A stretch of DNA of 64,000 nt from an uncultured Phycisphaerales bacterium (GTDB lineage: Bacteria; Planctomycetota; Phycisphaerae; Phycisphaerales; SM1A02), in assembly GCA_938084645.1 (NCBI GenBank), contig CALKEP010000054.1:1-64000 (forward strand), given 5' to 3'. Position numbers and translations under genes: made by a program. The notes below the pieces were generated by a model. That model saw only the letters and a list, made by a program, of their open reading frames with translations, ran no database searches and was not told where the DNA came from. Of this stretch, positions 22,001-32,100 are shown piece by piece; the first letter of the stretch is position 1; each line of letters starts with the position of its first letter.

Positions 22001-22867
22001 TCAGCCGTCGGAGCGGGATTCGGGTCCGCCCCCGGAGGGGGCGGCGAGCGCGAATGCGAGACGCGTGTCCTTGTTGTAGAAGATCATCGCCGAGACCTTC
22101 TTGTGGTTCACGGACGCGACCACGCCATGCGTCGGGGAAACGAAGATGATCCCGGTGTCCTTCACCGACGCCGGTCCGATCTCGCCCTTGTAGTCGCTTC
22201 GATACATCACCACGTCGAAGACCCCGCCGGGCGTCGTGATCCGTCGCACGCCACGATCGACCATCGTGACCCGGAGGCTTCCGGTGTGCTCCGGATCACC
22301 GGTCCCATGAAGGTCGTAGACGCGGACCCCCATGTCCACCGGCTTGGGATCCGGCCCCGCGAAGAACCGAACCTCCGGCGGGTCGTATCGCACCGACACC
22401 GACTGCCCGAGATCAAGCTGGACGGGCATGACCACCGCGTCACCATCGCGGACGAGCCAGCTCGTCGACTCGCCCGGCACACCGATCATCACCGGCTTTC
22501 CATCCTCGCGCGGCCAGCCGGGAGGCGTCCGGGCCGCCGGCGAGCTGGTGATGCGAGTGGTCTTCCGATCATCATCCGCGTACTGGACGAAGTCGACCGC
22601 GCCCGTCTCGAGCACGCGGTCGAGGAGCTTCGCGCGGTCGATCTTCACGTCGGACGCGACGACTTCGACGGTCCCCTTGAAGATCCCGATCAACGCGGCC
22701 TCGTCCGGCCGGAGCGGATCGCTCGGAACGAGATCCGTCACAAGCCCCGACCCGGCACGCATCGGCGTCGCGAACAGCAGGATCAGCGGGACCAGCCAAT
22801 GGACCGCGAATCCTCGGCGCGAGCGGATGAGGAGACGATGACGAAATCGGGTCGACGGGTCGTTCAT
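22001..22867 (-). CDS. Exported hypothetical beta-rich protein
   Basis: Hydrophobic signal-like segment; ITTPGGVF resembles the 'TVPAGTF' motif of DUF3108-like proteins; start uncertain. Confidence 0.65.
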   Translation of the reverse strand: MNDPSTRFRHRLLIRSRRGFAVHWLVPLILLFATPMRAGSGLVTDLVPSDPLRPDEAALIGIFKGTVEVVASDVKIDRAKLLDRVLETGAVDFVQYADDDRKTTRITSSPAARTPPGWPREDGKPVMIGVPGESTSWLVRDGDAVVMPVQLDLGQSVSVRYDPPEVRFFAGPDPKPVDMGVRVYDLHGTGDPEHTGSLRVTMVDRGVRRITTPGGVFDVVMYRSDYKGEIGPASVKDTGIIFVSPTHGVVASVNHKKVSAMIFYNKDTRLAFALAAPSGGGPESRSDG

Positions 22868-22946
22868 GCGGATGGCCTCCGGCCGAGATCCTATCCTGTG
22901 GTTCGCCCTCGACCAAGGTCGCGCCGACTCCACCGGAAGGACCCCC

Positions 22947-23654
22947 ATGCCCCCTCGCCCCGCCTCGTTCGACTGGTGCCGCGCCTCGGCGCTCCCCGTC
23001 CTGCTCTCGACCTTCATCGCCGTCTGGCTCGCGGGCTGTGGATCGGCCGGCGACGACTCCGGGGCCCCCTCGTCCACCGGATCCGGCGCACCACCGACGC
23101 TCGAGGACCAGGGACCGATCTTCGCGCGGGTCGAAACCGATCGTGGCGTCTTTCGATTCGTGCTGCGAACCGATCGCGCTCCGGTGAGCTGCGCGAACTT
23201 CGTCAACCTCGTCGACCGCGACTTCTTCGACGGCCTCGACTTCTATCGACACTCCCGCGTCATCCGCCAGGTGGGGAACCCGTACAACGACGACGCGCTC
23301 CGGTACTCCCCCGGGTACACGATCACGCCGGAATTCGCCCCCGATCTCCGATTCGATCGTGGCGGCCTCGTCGCGATGTCGCGTCTCGGTGAGGAACCCA
23401 CCGCGATGGTCCGGCCCAACGAGTTCTTCGTGACCACCAAACCGCAATCCGAGCGGTTCACCTTCAAGTACCCGGTCTTCGGCGAGGTCGTCGAGGGGAT
23501 GGACGTGGTGCTGGCGATCGAACCGGACGACACCGTGCGTTCGATCGCCATCGAAGGCGACGCGACGCCGCTGCGTGCCGTGCATGCCGAGCTCATCGAG
23601 AAGTGGAACGCCAGTCTCGATGCCGCACGCGATCCCCGCGACGGAGACCGCTGA
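22947..23654 (+). CDS. Cyclophilin-type peptidyl-prolyl cis-trans isomerase, lipoprotein
   Basis: Lipobox LAGC; APVSCANFVNL, FFDGLDFYR, VAMSR, EFFVT, VFGEVVEGMDVV. Confidence 0.88.
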   Translation: MPPRPASFDWCRASALPVLLSTFIAVWLAGCGSAGDDSGAPSSTGSGAPPTLEDQGPIFARVETDRGVFRFVLRTDRAPVSCANFVNLVDRDFFDGLDFYRHSRVIRQVGNPYNDDALRYSPGYTITPEFAPDLRFDRGGLVAMSRLGEEPTAMVRPNEFFVTTKPQSERFTFKYPVFGEVVEGMDVVLAIEPDDTVRSIAIEGDATPLRAVHAELIEKWNASLDAARDPRDGDR

Positions 23655-23655
23655 G

Positions 23656-24369
23656 TCAGTTCCAGCTCAGGCCCTTGGGCCAGTCGGCGAACTTCTGGCG
23701 ATCGACCTGCGACACGAGGCGATCGAGCATCTGCAGTTCGCCCGCGACCGTCTCCGCCCGTCGTCGGGAATCACCCTGCTCGAGGAGCCGGTATCGGATC
23801 GCCTCGTCCTTGACCACCGCGAATCCGATGAGATCGAGCACCACGCTGGTCGGAAGATCGTCCCGGTCGAGCCACTCGATCGCCATGCCCGCCGCGGCGA
23901 GTCGTCGAAGTCGCTCGTTCCCGAGGAGACTTCGGATCAACCTTCTCGCCTCGGGCATCGGCGGGGCTTCGTTCGCCTCCGGCTCGATGGGACGAAGCCA
24001 GCCTCGAAGGTGGAGCCGGTCGTCGACCGGTGGATCGAGCTCGTCGATCCGCGCCCGGCACAGGCCGTGGAGCAGGATGTTGAACCGACCACTCGAGAGT
24101 CGCTCGACCCTGGCGATCCGCCCCACGCACACCGCCTCGCGCAGGGAGATCTCCTCCACTTCCGCGCCGCGTCGACCGTCCACGACCGCCATCGCGATCG
24201 GATCCGCCCGATCGAGGTCGCCGTTCCCCGACGCGAGGCACGCTTCGACCATCTGGCGATAGCGGGGTTCGAAGATGTGCAGTGGCTGGGCGCCGTGCGG
24301 AAGCAGGCTGACCCCCGGGAGCGGGAACAGGGCGACCGGCTTGCCGAAATCGACGCGGTACGACGACAT
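23656..24369 (-). CDS. Lon peptidase N-terminal (substrate-binding) domain protein
   Basis: ALFPLPGVSLLPHGAQPLHIFEPRYRQM and GRFNILLHG; no protease domain. Confidence 0.9.
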   Translation of the reverse strand: MSSYRVDFGKPVALFPLPGVSLLPHGAQPLHIFEPRYRQMVEACLASGNGDLDRADPIAMAVVDGRRGAEVEEISLREAVCVGRIARVERLSSGRFNILLHGLCRARIDELDPPVDDRLHLRGWLRPIEPEANEAPPMPEARRLIRSLLGNERLRRLAAAGMAIEWLDRDDLPTSVVLDLIGFAVVKDEAIRYRLLEQGDSRRRAETVAGELQMLDRLVSQVDRQKFADWPKGLSWN

Positions 24370-24418
24370 GTCCTGATGGTATCCCCCGTCGGGGGAGGAA
24401 TGCGAACCGATCGCCGGC

Positions 24419-25300
24419 TCACGCCGCCGCGAGCAGCTCGCCACCATCACGAGCCGCGATGCTCGCCTCGGCCCGGATCCCGTCGAGGGTGACCTGGTCG
24501 ATGCCGAGATGGTCGAGGGCCTCGGGCGAGATTCCACCGATCCGGAGGTCCAGCGTGAATCCGCCCGCGATCTCCGCCGCGATCCGGTCCGCCACGTGGA
24601 CGATCATCGGAAGGTCGCGATTCGCCGGGGGCACCGAGGTGGGATCGTGGTGATGACCCGCGACCCAGACCAGGCTGGACGGGAACTTCCAGTGTTCGCA
24701 CAACGCCGATCCGAACGCCTCGTGATCCTCGCCGAGCACCTCCCGCTCGCATTCCCGCAGGTCGCGGCCGGTGGCCGCGAGGGCGATCGCCTCCGCGAAC
24801 CGCGCCCGATCGTGCTGGAGTTCCACGAGGATGCCGACGTCGTGGACCAGACCGGCGAGGAAGGCCTCGTCGACGGCGTTCCGGCGATTGCCCTGCGCGA
24901 TGATCCGCGCCGTGCTCGCCGTCACGCAGGAGTGGAGCCAGAGTTCGTGGGCGTTGAAGTCGGGGCCGATCTCGCCCCCACGGAACAGCTTCGCGAGGCT
25001 CGCGGCCACCGCGATGTTCTTGACGGCGTTGAGGCCGAGGAGCGAGACCGCTCGATTGATCGAGGCGATCTGCCGGGGCAGTCCGTAGAAGGCCGAGTTC
25101 ACGACCTTGAGCATGCGGGCGGTGAGCGCCGGGTCGGCCGAGATCATCGCGTGGAGATCTCGCGCGCTCGAGCCGGGGTCCTCCACGAGTTCGATGATCT
25201 TCACCGTGACCTCGGGAAGCGTGGCGATGTGGCTGATGTTGCGAACCGCGTCCAGCGCGACGCCACCCTCTTGTCCGGCCGTTCCATGGTCCATGGTCAC
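24419..25300 (-). CDS. HDOD domain protein
   Basis: TLPEV, DPALTARMLKVVNSAFYG, AVSLLG, WLHS, GLVHDVG, HWKFP, HHH. Confidence 0.93.
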   Translation of the reverse strand: MTMDHGTAGQEGGVALDAVRNISHIATLPEVTVKIIELVEDPGSSARDLHAMISADPALTARMLKVVNSAFYGLPRQIASINRAVSLLGLNAVKNIAVAASLAKLFRGGEIGPDFNAHELWLHSCVTASTARIIAQGNRRNAVDEAFLAGLVHDVGILVELQHDRARFAEAIALAATGRDLRECEREVLGEDHEAFGSALCEHWKFPSSLVWVAGHHHDPTSVPPANRDLPMIVHVADRIAAEIAGGFTLDLRIGGISPEALDHLGIDQVTLDGIRAEASIAARDGGELLAAA

Positions 25301-25494
25301 GCTCTCCGTGGGCGCAGCAGCGCCCGGAATCCCCTCGATTCGGATGGGCCCGGCCCATCACCACCTCTGCCGCATCGGCCCTGACGGTGGTCGTCATTCG
25401 CGGGATGCGCTCGAACCGAGGCGACGGATGCCGGTCGGATCCGGATGTTCGGTCTGGACCCGATGGAACCCGGATTGCAGGCCCGAGAACACGC

Positions 25495-26148
25495 TCATTC
25501 GACCCACGCGTGCATCCGGGGCCCTGGAGACTGGTTCTGGATGATCGACGCCTCCGCATCGAGCATCCGGTCCCATCTCGATTCGACCTGCCCGACCATC
25601 GCGGAACCCTCGAGGGCCGCGACCTGGCGGGCCAGATCGATGAAGGACAGGTAGTGCCCCCGCTCGCTGGCCCAGAGTCCCCGGTAGATCTTCGCGAGCG
25701 GTTCGTCCTCCGCGACGCGAGCGAGGATCTCGAACCGTTCACAGGACCGGGCCTCGATGAGCGCCGAGATCATCAGGCGATCGATCGTCGCTTCGATTCC
25801 CCCACCACGCACCAGCCCGCGAAGGGCGGCCGCGTAGCGATTGGAATGCGACTTGGTGAGACGACCTCCACGCCGCGACAGCAATCGAACCACGAGTGCG
25901 AGATGTTCGACCTCGTCACGGGCCACCGCCGTCATCGCGACGACCCAGTTGTCCGGCGGCGTCGGCTCCGGCCACCGGTGCAGGAGTTCCAGGGCGTTCT
26001 GCGCCGCCTTCTTCTCCAGATGCGCGTGGTCGTTCAGGAGTTGACAGGTCTCCTCGAGCGCTCTCGTACCCCAGTCGTCGGGCGTGTCGATGCGCAACGG
26101 AAGCTCGACGTCGCCGCCACGGGATCCGGTCGTCTTGTGTTCGCTCAT
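25495..26148 (-). CDS. miaE: tRNA-(ms2io6A) hydroxylase MiaE
   Basis: DHAHLEKKAA, DEVEH, ALIEARSCERF and SERGH di-iron motifs. Confidence 0.9.
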   Translation of the reverse strand: MSEHKTTGSRGGDVELPLRIDTPDDWGTRALEETCQLLNDHAHLEKKAAQNALELLHRWPEPTPPDNWVVAMTAVARDEVEHLALVVRLLSRRGGRLTKSHSNRYAAALRGLVRGGGIEATIDRLMISALIEARSCERFEILARVAEDEPLAKIYRGLWASERGHYLSFIDLARQVAALEGSAMVGQVESRWDRMLDAEASIIQNQSPGPRMHAWVE

Positions 26149-26229
26149 GTCCAGGTCGCTCCTGACCGCGATGATCCTCTGGCGTCGTCCCCGACGGACG
26201 CATCGACAGGCTTTCCCCGAGCCGGGGAT

Positions 26230-27342
26230 TCAGAAGCTGTTCCGCTTCCGCGGAATCCCGGACTGCACGAGCCCGGCCAGCACGCCGGCGATCCGTCGCC
26301 CCGTGCCCCCCTCGCCGTAGGGGTGGTCGAAGGGCCCATCGCGGCCGACCGCGATCCCGATGGCGTCGGCGATCGCCTCGACGTCCGGTCGATCGACGTC
26401 GACCACCGACCCGGGACGCTCCCGACCGGCCTGACGAGGGCCGAGATTCACGGTCGGACATCCGACGACGGGCGCCTCGATGAGTCCCGCACTGGAGTTG
26501 CCCACGAGCACCGCCGTACGACGGAGCAGGCCGATGAACGCCTGCCGAGGAAGGTGACCCGCCCGGACGACGCCGGGCCGCGCTGCGCCCTCCAGACCCG
26601 CCTGCTCCACGACGTCGCTGCCGGGATCGTGATTGGGACGCAGGACCACGACCGGACCGTGCCGGAGACTCGCGTCGATCGCCGCCTCGATCCAGGCTCG
26701 TTCGGTCGCCGCGGCGAGCCCGGAACCATGGTGGAGGATCGCCACGCGAGGACGACCGAGTCGATCGAACATCGCATCGTCGAGCGGTGACATCACGTCG
26801 ATGCCGTCCGCGGCGGGACTTCCGACGACGTGAACCGAATCCGTCGGCTCGCCGAGCCGCCGGATCCGTTCTCCGCTCGTCGGTGTCGCGGGGAAGTGCA
26901 GGTGGGCCAGCTTCGTGATCGCATGCCGCATCGACTCGTCCGCCACGCCTTCCGCCCGGTCGCCGCCGTGCACGTGCGCGACCAGCCGCCCGCCGATGCC
27001 TGCGCTCGCGGCGGCCGCGAACGCCTCGATCCGGTCGCCGAGGACGAGGACGACGTCGGGATCCAATCGGTCGAACGCCGCGGTGAATCCCACGACACCA
27101 CGACCCGTGGCGGTCGCATCGGCCGTTCGTCCCATCCGCCCGGCATGCTGCATCTCCACCACCGCGTCCACCTCGAAGCAGTCGCGCACCTCGTCGATGG
27201 TCTCGTCCGGTGGAAGCAGGTGCGCCCCGGCCACGACGACCTGGAGATCGAGTTCGGGCGCGGCCGAGATCGCCTCCATGGTCGAACGCAGCAGACCGAA
27301 GTCCGCGCGGGAACCCGTGACCACCGCGACGCGACGGCTCAT
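26230..27342 (-). CDS. neuC: UDP-N-acetylglucosamine 2-epimerase (hydrolysing), NeuC/LegG family
   Basis: TGSRADFG, LGDRIE, HVHGGD, DESMRHAITKLAHLHF, VGNSSAG, RQAGR. Confidence 0.92.
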   Translation of the reverse strand: MSRRVAVVTGSRADFGLLRSTMEAISAAPELDLQVVVAGAHLLPPDETIDEVRDCFEVDAVVEMQHAGRMGRTADATATGRGVVGFTAAFDRLDPDVVLVLGDRIEAFAAAASAGIGGRLVAHVHGGDRAEGVADESMRHAITKLAHLHFPATPTSGERIRRLGEPTDSVHVVGSPAADGIDVMSPLDDAMFDRLGRPRVAILHHGSGLAAATERAWIEAAIDASLRHGPVVVLRPNHDPGSDVVEQAGLEGAARPGVVRAGHLPRQAFIGLLRRTAVLVGNSSAGLIEAPVVGCPTVNLGPRQAGRERPGSVVDVDRPDVEAIADAIGIAVGRDGPFDHPYGEGGTGRRIAGVLAGLVQSGIPRKRNSF

Positions 27343-28379
27343 CCGAGGTCTCCCTCGTTGATCGGCGCATCGGGTTCGAGGGCGACCCGGAGTTCACGTC
27401 CCACGATCTCCTCGAACCGCCAGGGTTCGATCCCGTCACCGGGACGCTTCACCGCGATGTCGGTGGCCGAGAGACGAGTCCCGGACGGGAGCGAACGCGC
27501 CGCCCGGAGGGACTGCCGGGCCACCCGTCGGACGTCCGATTCGATCGGGTCGGGTCGTTTCATTCCGTCGCCGATCGCGCCTCGGGCCCGTCGGACGAAG
27601 TCGACGTACCCGGCGAAACCGGCGGGATCCAGACTCGCCGCGTGGTCGGGGCCTTCCGCGTCGCGATTCCAGGTCAGGTGCTTCTCGAGCACCACCGCCC
27701 CCGCCGCGACCGCCAGTCCGCCGGTCGTGAGTTCGCCGGTGTGATCGCTGTACCCCGCGGGACGTCCGGTCGCCCCCGCGATGCTCCCGATCGCCCCGAG
27801 TCCCGCCGCGGATTCGGGCGTCGGATAGGCGCTGACGCAATGCAGGAACACCGCCGAAGCGTCACCGAGCCAGTCGTGCGCCCGCATGACCTCTGCAAGA
27901 TCCGAAGCGCCGGTGGAAACGAACATCGGCCGTCCGTCGGCGGCGAGTCGATCCAGGAGCGGACGATGAACCAGATCCGGGGAGGCGGTCTTCCACGCGT
28001 CCCACGGGATTTCCGCGGCGATCGGAATCAACGCCTCGCTGAAGACGGTGACCATCGCATGGAGCCTCCGACGGTGCGTCTCCTCGACGAGACGGGCCAT
28101 CGCCTCCCGGTCGAGTTCGAGTCGTCGAAGCATCTCGTGCTGATTCGCCACGTTCGCACGGCGCTGGTAGTCCGCGATCGCATCCGGATCGCCCACGAGC
28201 CGTTCCGCCTCGAACCACTGGAACTTCACCGCATCGGCCCCGGCGTCCGCCGCGGCGCCCACGAGCTCGAGGGCCCGGTCGAGACACCCGTCGTGATTGA
28301 CGCCGATCTCGGCGATGACGTAGGTCGGCCCCTCCGCGTCGATCGGTCGCGATCCGACCCGCACCCCGGCCATCTTCAC
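27339..28379 (-). CDS. neuB: N-acetylneuraminate (nonulosonic acid) synthase, NeuB family, with SAF domain
   Basis: IAEIGVNHDG, AVKFQ, STG, HCVSAYP, GYSDHT, EKHLT, GPDH, KRPGDGI. Confidence 0.93.
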   Translation of the reverse strand: MKMAGVRVGSRPIDAEGPTYVIAEIGVNHDGCLDRALELVGAAADAGADAVKFQWFEAERLVGDPDAIADYQRRANVANQHEMLRRLELDREAMARLVEETHRRRLHAMVTVFSEALIPIAAEIPWDAWKTASPDLVHRPLLDRLAADGRPMFVSTGASDLAEVMRAHDWLGDASAVFLHCVSAYPTPESAAGLGAIGSIAGATGRPAGYSDHTGELTTGGLAVAAGAVVLEKHLTWNRDAEGPDHAASLDPAGFAGYVDFVRRARGAIGDGMKRPDPIESDVRRVARQSLRAARSLPSGTRLSATDIAVKRPGDGIEPWRFEEIVGRELRVALEPDAPINEGDLG

Positions 28380-29134
28380 GAACCTGCCCCCACGCGGGTC
28401 GACGAGGCCTCGGTCCGCATACGTCGCTCGAGAATCGCCTCGGCGACCAGAAGGTCGATCTCGTCGTCCACGTCGATCACCGCACCGGCCTCGTTCAGAA
28501 CGCCCCGACGGTCTCTTCCGAGAAAGGCGTGAGGATGCTCGGGATCGACTTGAAAGAGCGAATCACGACGAACCGCGATGACCCCGCCGTCCGGAATGAA
28601 CGCGGGCGGCAGATCCTGACGGCGAAAGACGTCGTTCTCCTGCCACGCGGCGACCCGGCCGTCGTCGCCCACCCGACAGGTCCAGAACGGGTGGTGCTTT
28701 CCGACCGGTGAGTAGCTCTGGACGCTGTCCGCGCCGGTGTCGACCAGTCGTTCGACCGCGCGGTCGATCAGGTCGTCGGGACGAATGGGAATGCTTCCGT
28801 AGAGGATGACGACCACCTCCGAGTCATCGCCCGACGTCTCGATCGCGTGCCGCACGCCGGCATCGACGGTCGCATGATCACTCGCGAGAACGGCGGGTCG
28901 GAGCAGGACCTCCGCGCCTCCCGCGGCGGCGGCGCTCGCGATCGCTTCACCGTCCGTGGAACACAGGACCCGACCGACTCGTCGGGACGCGAGGGCGTGA
29001 CCGACGCTTCGCGCGATCATCGGCACCCCGCCGACGAGTCGGACGTGCTTGCGAGGAAGTCCCTTGCTACCCGCGCGGCCGATCACCACCGCGGTTGCGA
29101 GAGACGATTCGTTGGGTGGTGTGGTCTGGTTCAT
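28376..29134 (-). CDS. neuA: Acylneuraminate cytidylyltransferase (CMP-nonulosonate synthetase)
   Basis: IGRAGSKGLPRKH, STD, RRQDLP, IDVDDEIDL. Confidence 0.9.
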   Translation of the reverse strand: MNQTTPPNESSLATAVVIGRAGSKGLPRKHVRLVGGVPMIARSVGHALASRRVGRVLCSTDGEAIASAAAAGGAEVLLRPAVLASDHATVDAGVRHAIETSGDDSEVVVILYGSIPIRPDDLIDRAVERLVDTGADSVQSYSPVGKHHPFWTCRVGDDGRVAAWQENDVFRRQDLPPAFIPDGGVIAVRRDSLFQVDPEHPHAFLGRDRRGVLNEAGAVIDVDDEIDLLVAEAILERRMRTEASSTRVGAGS

Positions 29135-29153
29135 GATCGGAATTCGTCCGGAT

Positions 29154-32100
29154 TCAGGGACGGAGTGGCGAGAGGATCGCGGGTTCTTCGCGTCGGCCCT
29201 CGTAGCAGTCGCGCCGGCGCTGGACCAGTTCCTGCCAGAGTTCCTGCAGCGATCGTTCGCCCACTCGACCGATGCTGGTCAGCCCGGCGAGGTCCGTCTC
29301 GGCGATTGGAACCGATCCATCCGCGAGCACGGTCATTCTCACCGAATTCACCATCTCGTCGTGGCGAGGTGGTGGCCAGGTCGGACTGAGGAGATCGACC
29401 GGCGTGCCCGTGGCGGCCGGCCAGCGGACCGGACCGTCGATCACCGCGACGCCGAGTCGACGTCGCCAGCGCTCGAAGAACTCGGGAAGTTCATCGACGT
29501 TCTCGGCCCTTCGCTCGAACCGGGGGACGACCCACGGAAGCGTGAACGCGAGCTCGATGGGAAGTTCCGCGGGAGCGTCCCCGTCCAGTCGGCGTCGGCC
29601 GACGACCAGTCGCTCCAGATTCTCGATGACCTCCTCGAATCGATCCGCGCCGTGCATCAGCCGGTAGGTCGCCGCCGTCTCCGCGTCGAGATCGACCTCC
29701 ACCACTCCGACCCGGGTGGCGAGAAGGCGGTCGACGACGCTCGAATCACCCGCGAGATCCGTTCGGATCGAGACGACGCGCACGCCGGCATCCATCGCGA
29801 TCTCGATGAAGTCGTCGAATCGAGGATGCAGCACCGGATCGCCGGCACCATCGAGGAAGAGCACCGCATCACCCGCGTCCGCGAGGGGTTCGACGATCCG
29901 TCGGAACATCGACTCCTGCATCGGCGGCCGCTCCACCTCGATCGCCTCGGGCGTGCCGATCCGTCGCCCCGTCCGGCCGGTGTTCAGCTCGACCCTCAGG
30001 AATCGAGGCGTCGCCAACGGCCCGCTGAGGGTCCGGTGCTCGAGCCGGATCGCGATCTCCCGCGAGTCGGGGGAGGACTCGCCGAGCAGCATCGGGCCGA
30101 TCGCTCGTTCGATCCGCTTGATCTCTCGCGGGGTGTCGACTGCGAAGCGGGCGACCGCGCTTCGGACCGCGGGCTCGGCGTTGACGCATGCATCGCCGAC
30201 GATCGGATCCCCCTCCGGCATCTCCGGTCGATAGCCGAGCTGATAGCCGATGGTGCCGACGCGACAACGGTTCCGCCGCATGATCTCGACGGCCGAACGC
30301 GCGAGCACCATGGCGGTTCGTCCGGGAGGCCCCTGTCCGAACACCCACGTCGAGTCGGGATGCTTCCGGTGCCGCTCGAGGATCTCGTCGAGCCCGCCCG
30401 GCTCGTCGACGGCGACGAAGGGCCAGTCGGCGCCGACCAGCAGGGCCGCGTCGGCGTCCAACGCCGCGAGCACCGCGGCGGTGGGGCCGGGTGCGAAGAC
30501 CTCGTCGAAGCAGGTCATCCCGTGGATTCCACCCCGCCAGGACGTCGGTGCGACGGCGCGGGCGACCCGGATGGCTTCCTGTTCGGGCCCGAACACCCGG
30601 GCTCCGCACTCGTGCACGTGGATCGGATGCTCGATCCTCGTGCGATCGATCGCGGCGTCGACGTCGAACCCATCCGGCACGAGGAGCGCCATGGCCGTGA
30701 TTCCGTTCGCCGAGTCGATTCGTTCGAGCGTTCGCTGCAGGATCGACCGGCCTCCGAGATTCGCGTTGAGGCCACGGCCCACCCCGATCCCGCCACGGTC
30801 CGGATCGATCGGAACCACCGCGACGACCGTCGGCGCCGCGACCGGAGGAGCCACCACCCCCATCGCCTTCGCAACGCCCTCCGAATCTCCCAGTCTCGAT
30901 TCGAACACGCCGTCGGTCATCAGTCGATGCGTCGACTGCAGGAGATCACCGAGCATGCGACAGGCGTCCCGCGTCCACCGGACGTTGACGATGTCGCGTT
31001 CGAGTTCGGCGCGCTGTCGATCGATCGGTTCGAGATCGTCGGCGAGTCGGATCCGCCGGTCGGCCCGCAGTCGCTGGAAGGTGGCGAGTTGATTGAACCA
31101 GTCCGTGAGCCGTCGGCTGGAGGCTCGCTCCGCGACCGTCGCCCGGGGCGCTTCGAGTCGTTGGAAGAGACGATTCATCTCGGAGGCGTCGGACTGGGCC
31201 TCGAGCATTCGCCCCAGAATCTCCAGCGTGCGGTCGCTCGCCTCGGCGATCTCGTCCAGTTCGGACCGGACCAGCCCGAGACGCTCGATCACCGCGTCGC
31301 GATCCCGACCTTCGGGGCTCGTCGCCCTCGGAAACGCGATCGTGGAGGTCCCGCCCCCCGCATGCATCTCGATGGTCTCCGCGAGCGATCGGATCTCGGT
31401 GTTCCGTTTCCTGACGCCACCCTCGGTCGCATCGACGATGCGAAGTCCGTTCCGGACGTCCTCCGCGAAACGCACTTCGAAGGACTGCAGGTAGTTCAGC
31501 ATCTGGGCGTCGGTGAAGATGCGACGCCCGTTCACGTCGTGTCGCTCGGAGAGGTGGTTTCGATGCCGGGCGATCCGCTCCCACTCCATCGTCTCGACGG
31601 TGTTGAACGAGTTCAGCTCCGGAAGCCAGACCTCGTGGATCGCCGTCCCCGGCGCGTAGTAGAGCCCGTCGGTGAATCCGAGATCCTGTCCGATGAGGGC
31701 GACGGGGTCGCAACCGAGATGCCGGGCGAAGGTGTAGGCGAGATGCGCGACGGTCGTCGACGCCTGCAGTCGATTCCCTCCCCGGGCGAGCGGACCGAGG
31801 AACTCGTCGAGCTGGGCCGAGGGGATGCAGCGGATCCGCCCCGGCCACGCTTCGGTCACCGCCCGGTTCACCCGGGAGTCGATGACGAGCTCGGTGTCCT
31901 CGAGGGACGCGGGATCCAGCCCCTCGTAGAACCGACTCGAGATCTCGTGATAGTCGAGCGCCGTCACGAAGTGCGGCGCGATTCCCGCATCGAGCAGCGG
32001 GCGGAGCGTGGTCTGGGTCGCCACGATCGCGCATCGGTCGCGAACCCCCGGCCCGGCGAGCACCGACAGGTTTCGACGAAGACTCGGGCCCGCGCTGACC

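Noticed and set aside
22947..23654. Cyclophilin with FYR instead of FHR and a shortened loop, as a possible pseudo-enzyme
   Set aside because: The catalytic Arg appears retained and bacterial cyclophilins vary here; loss of activity cannot be supported by eye.
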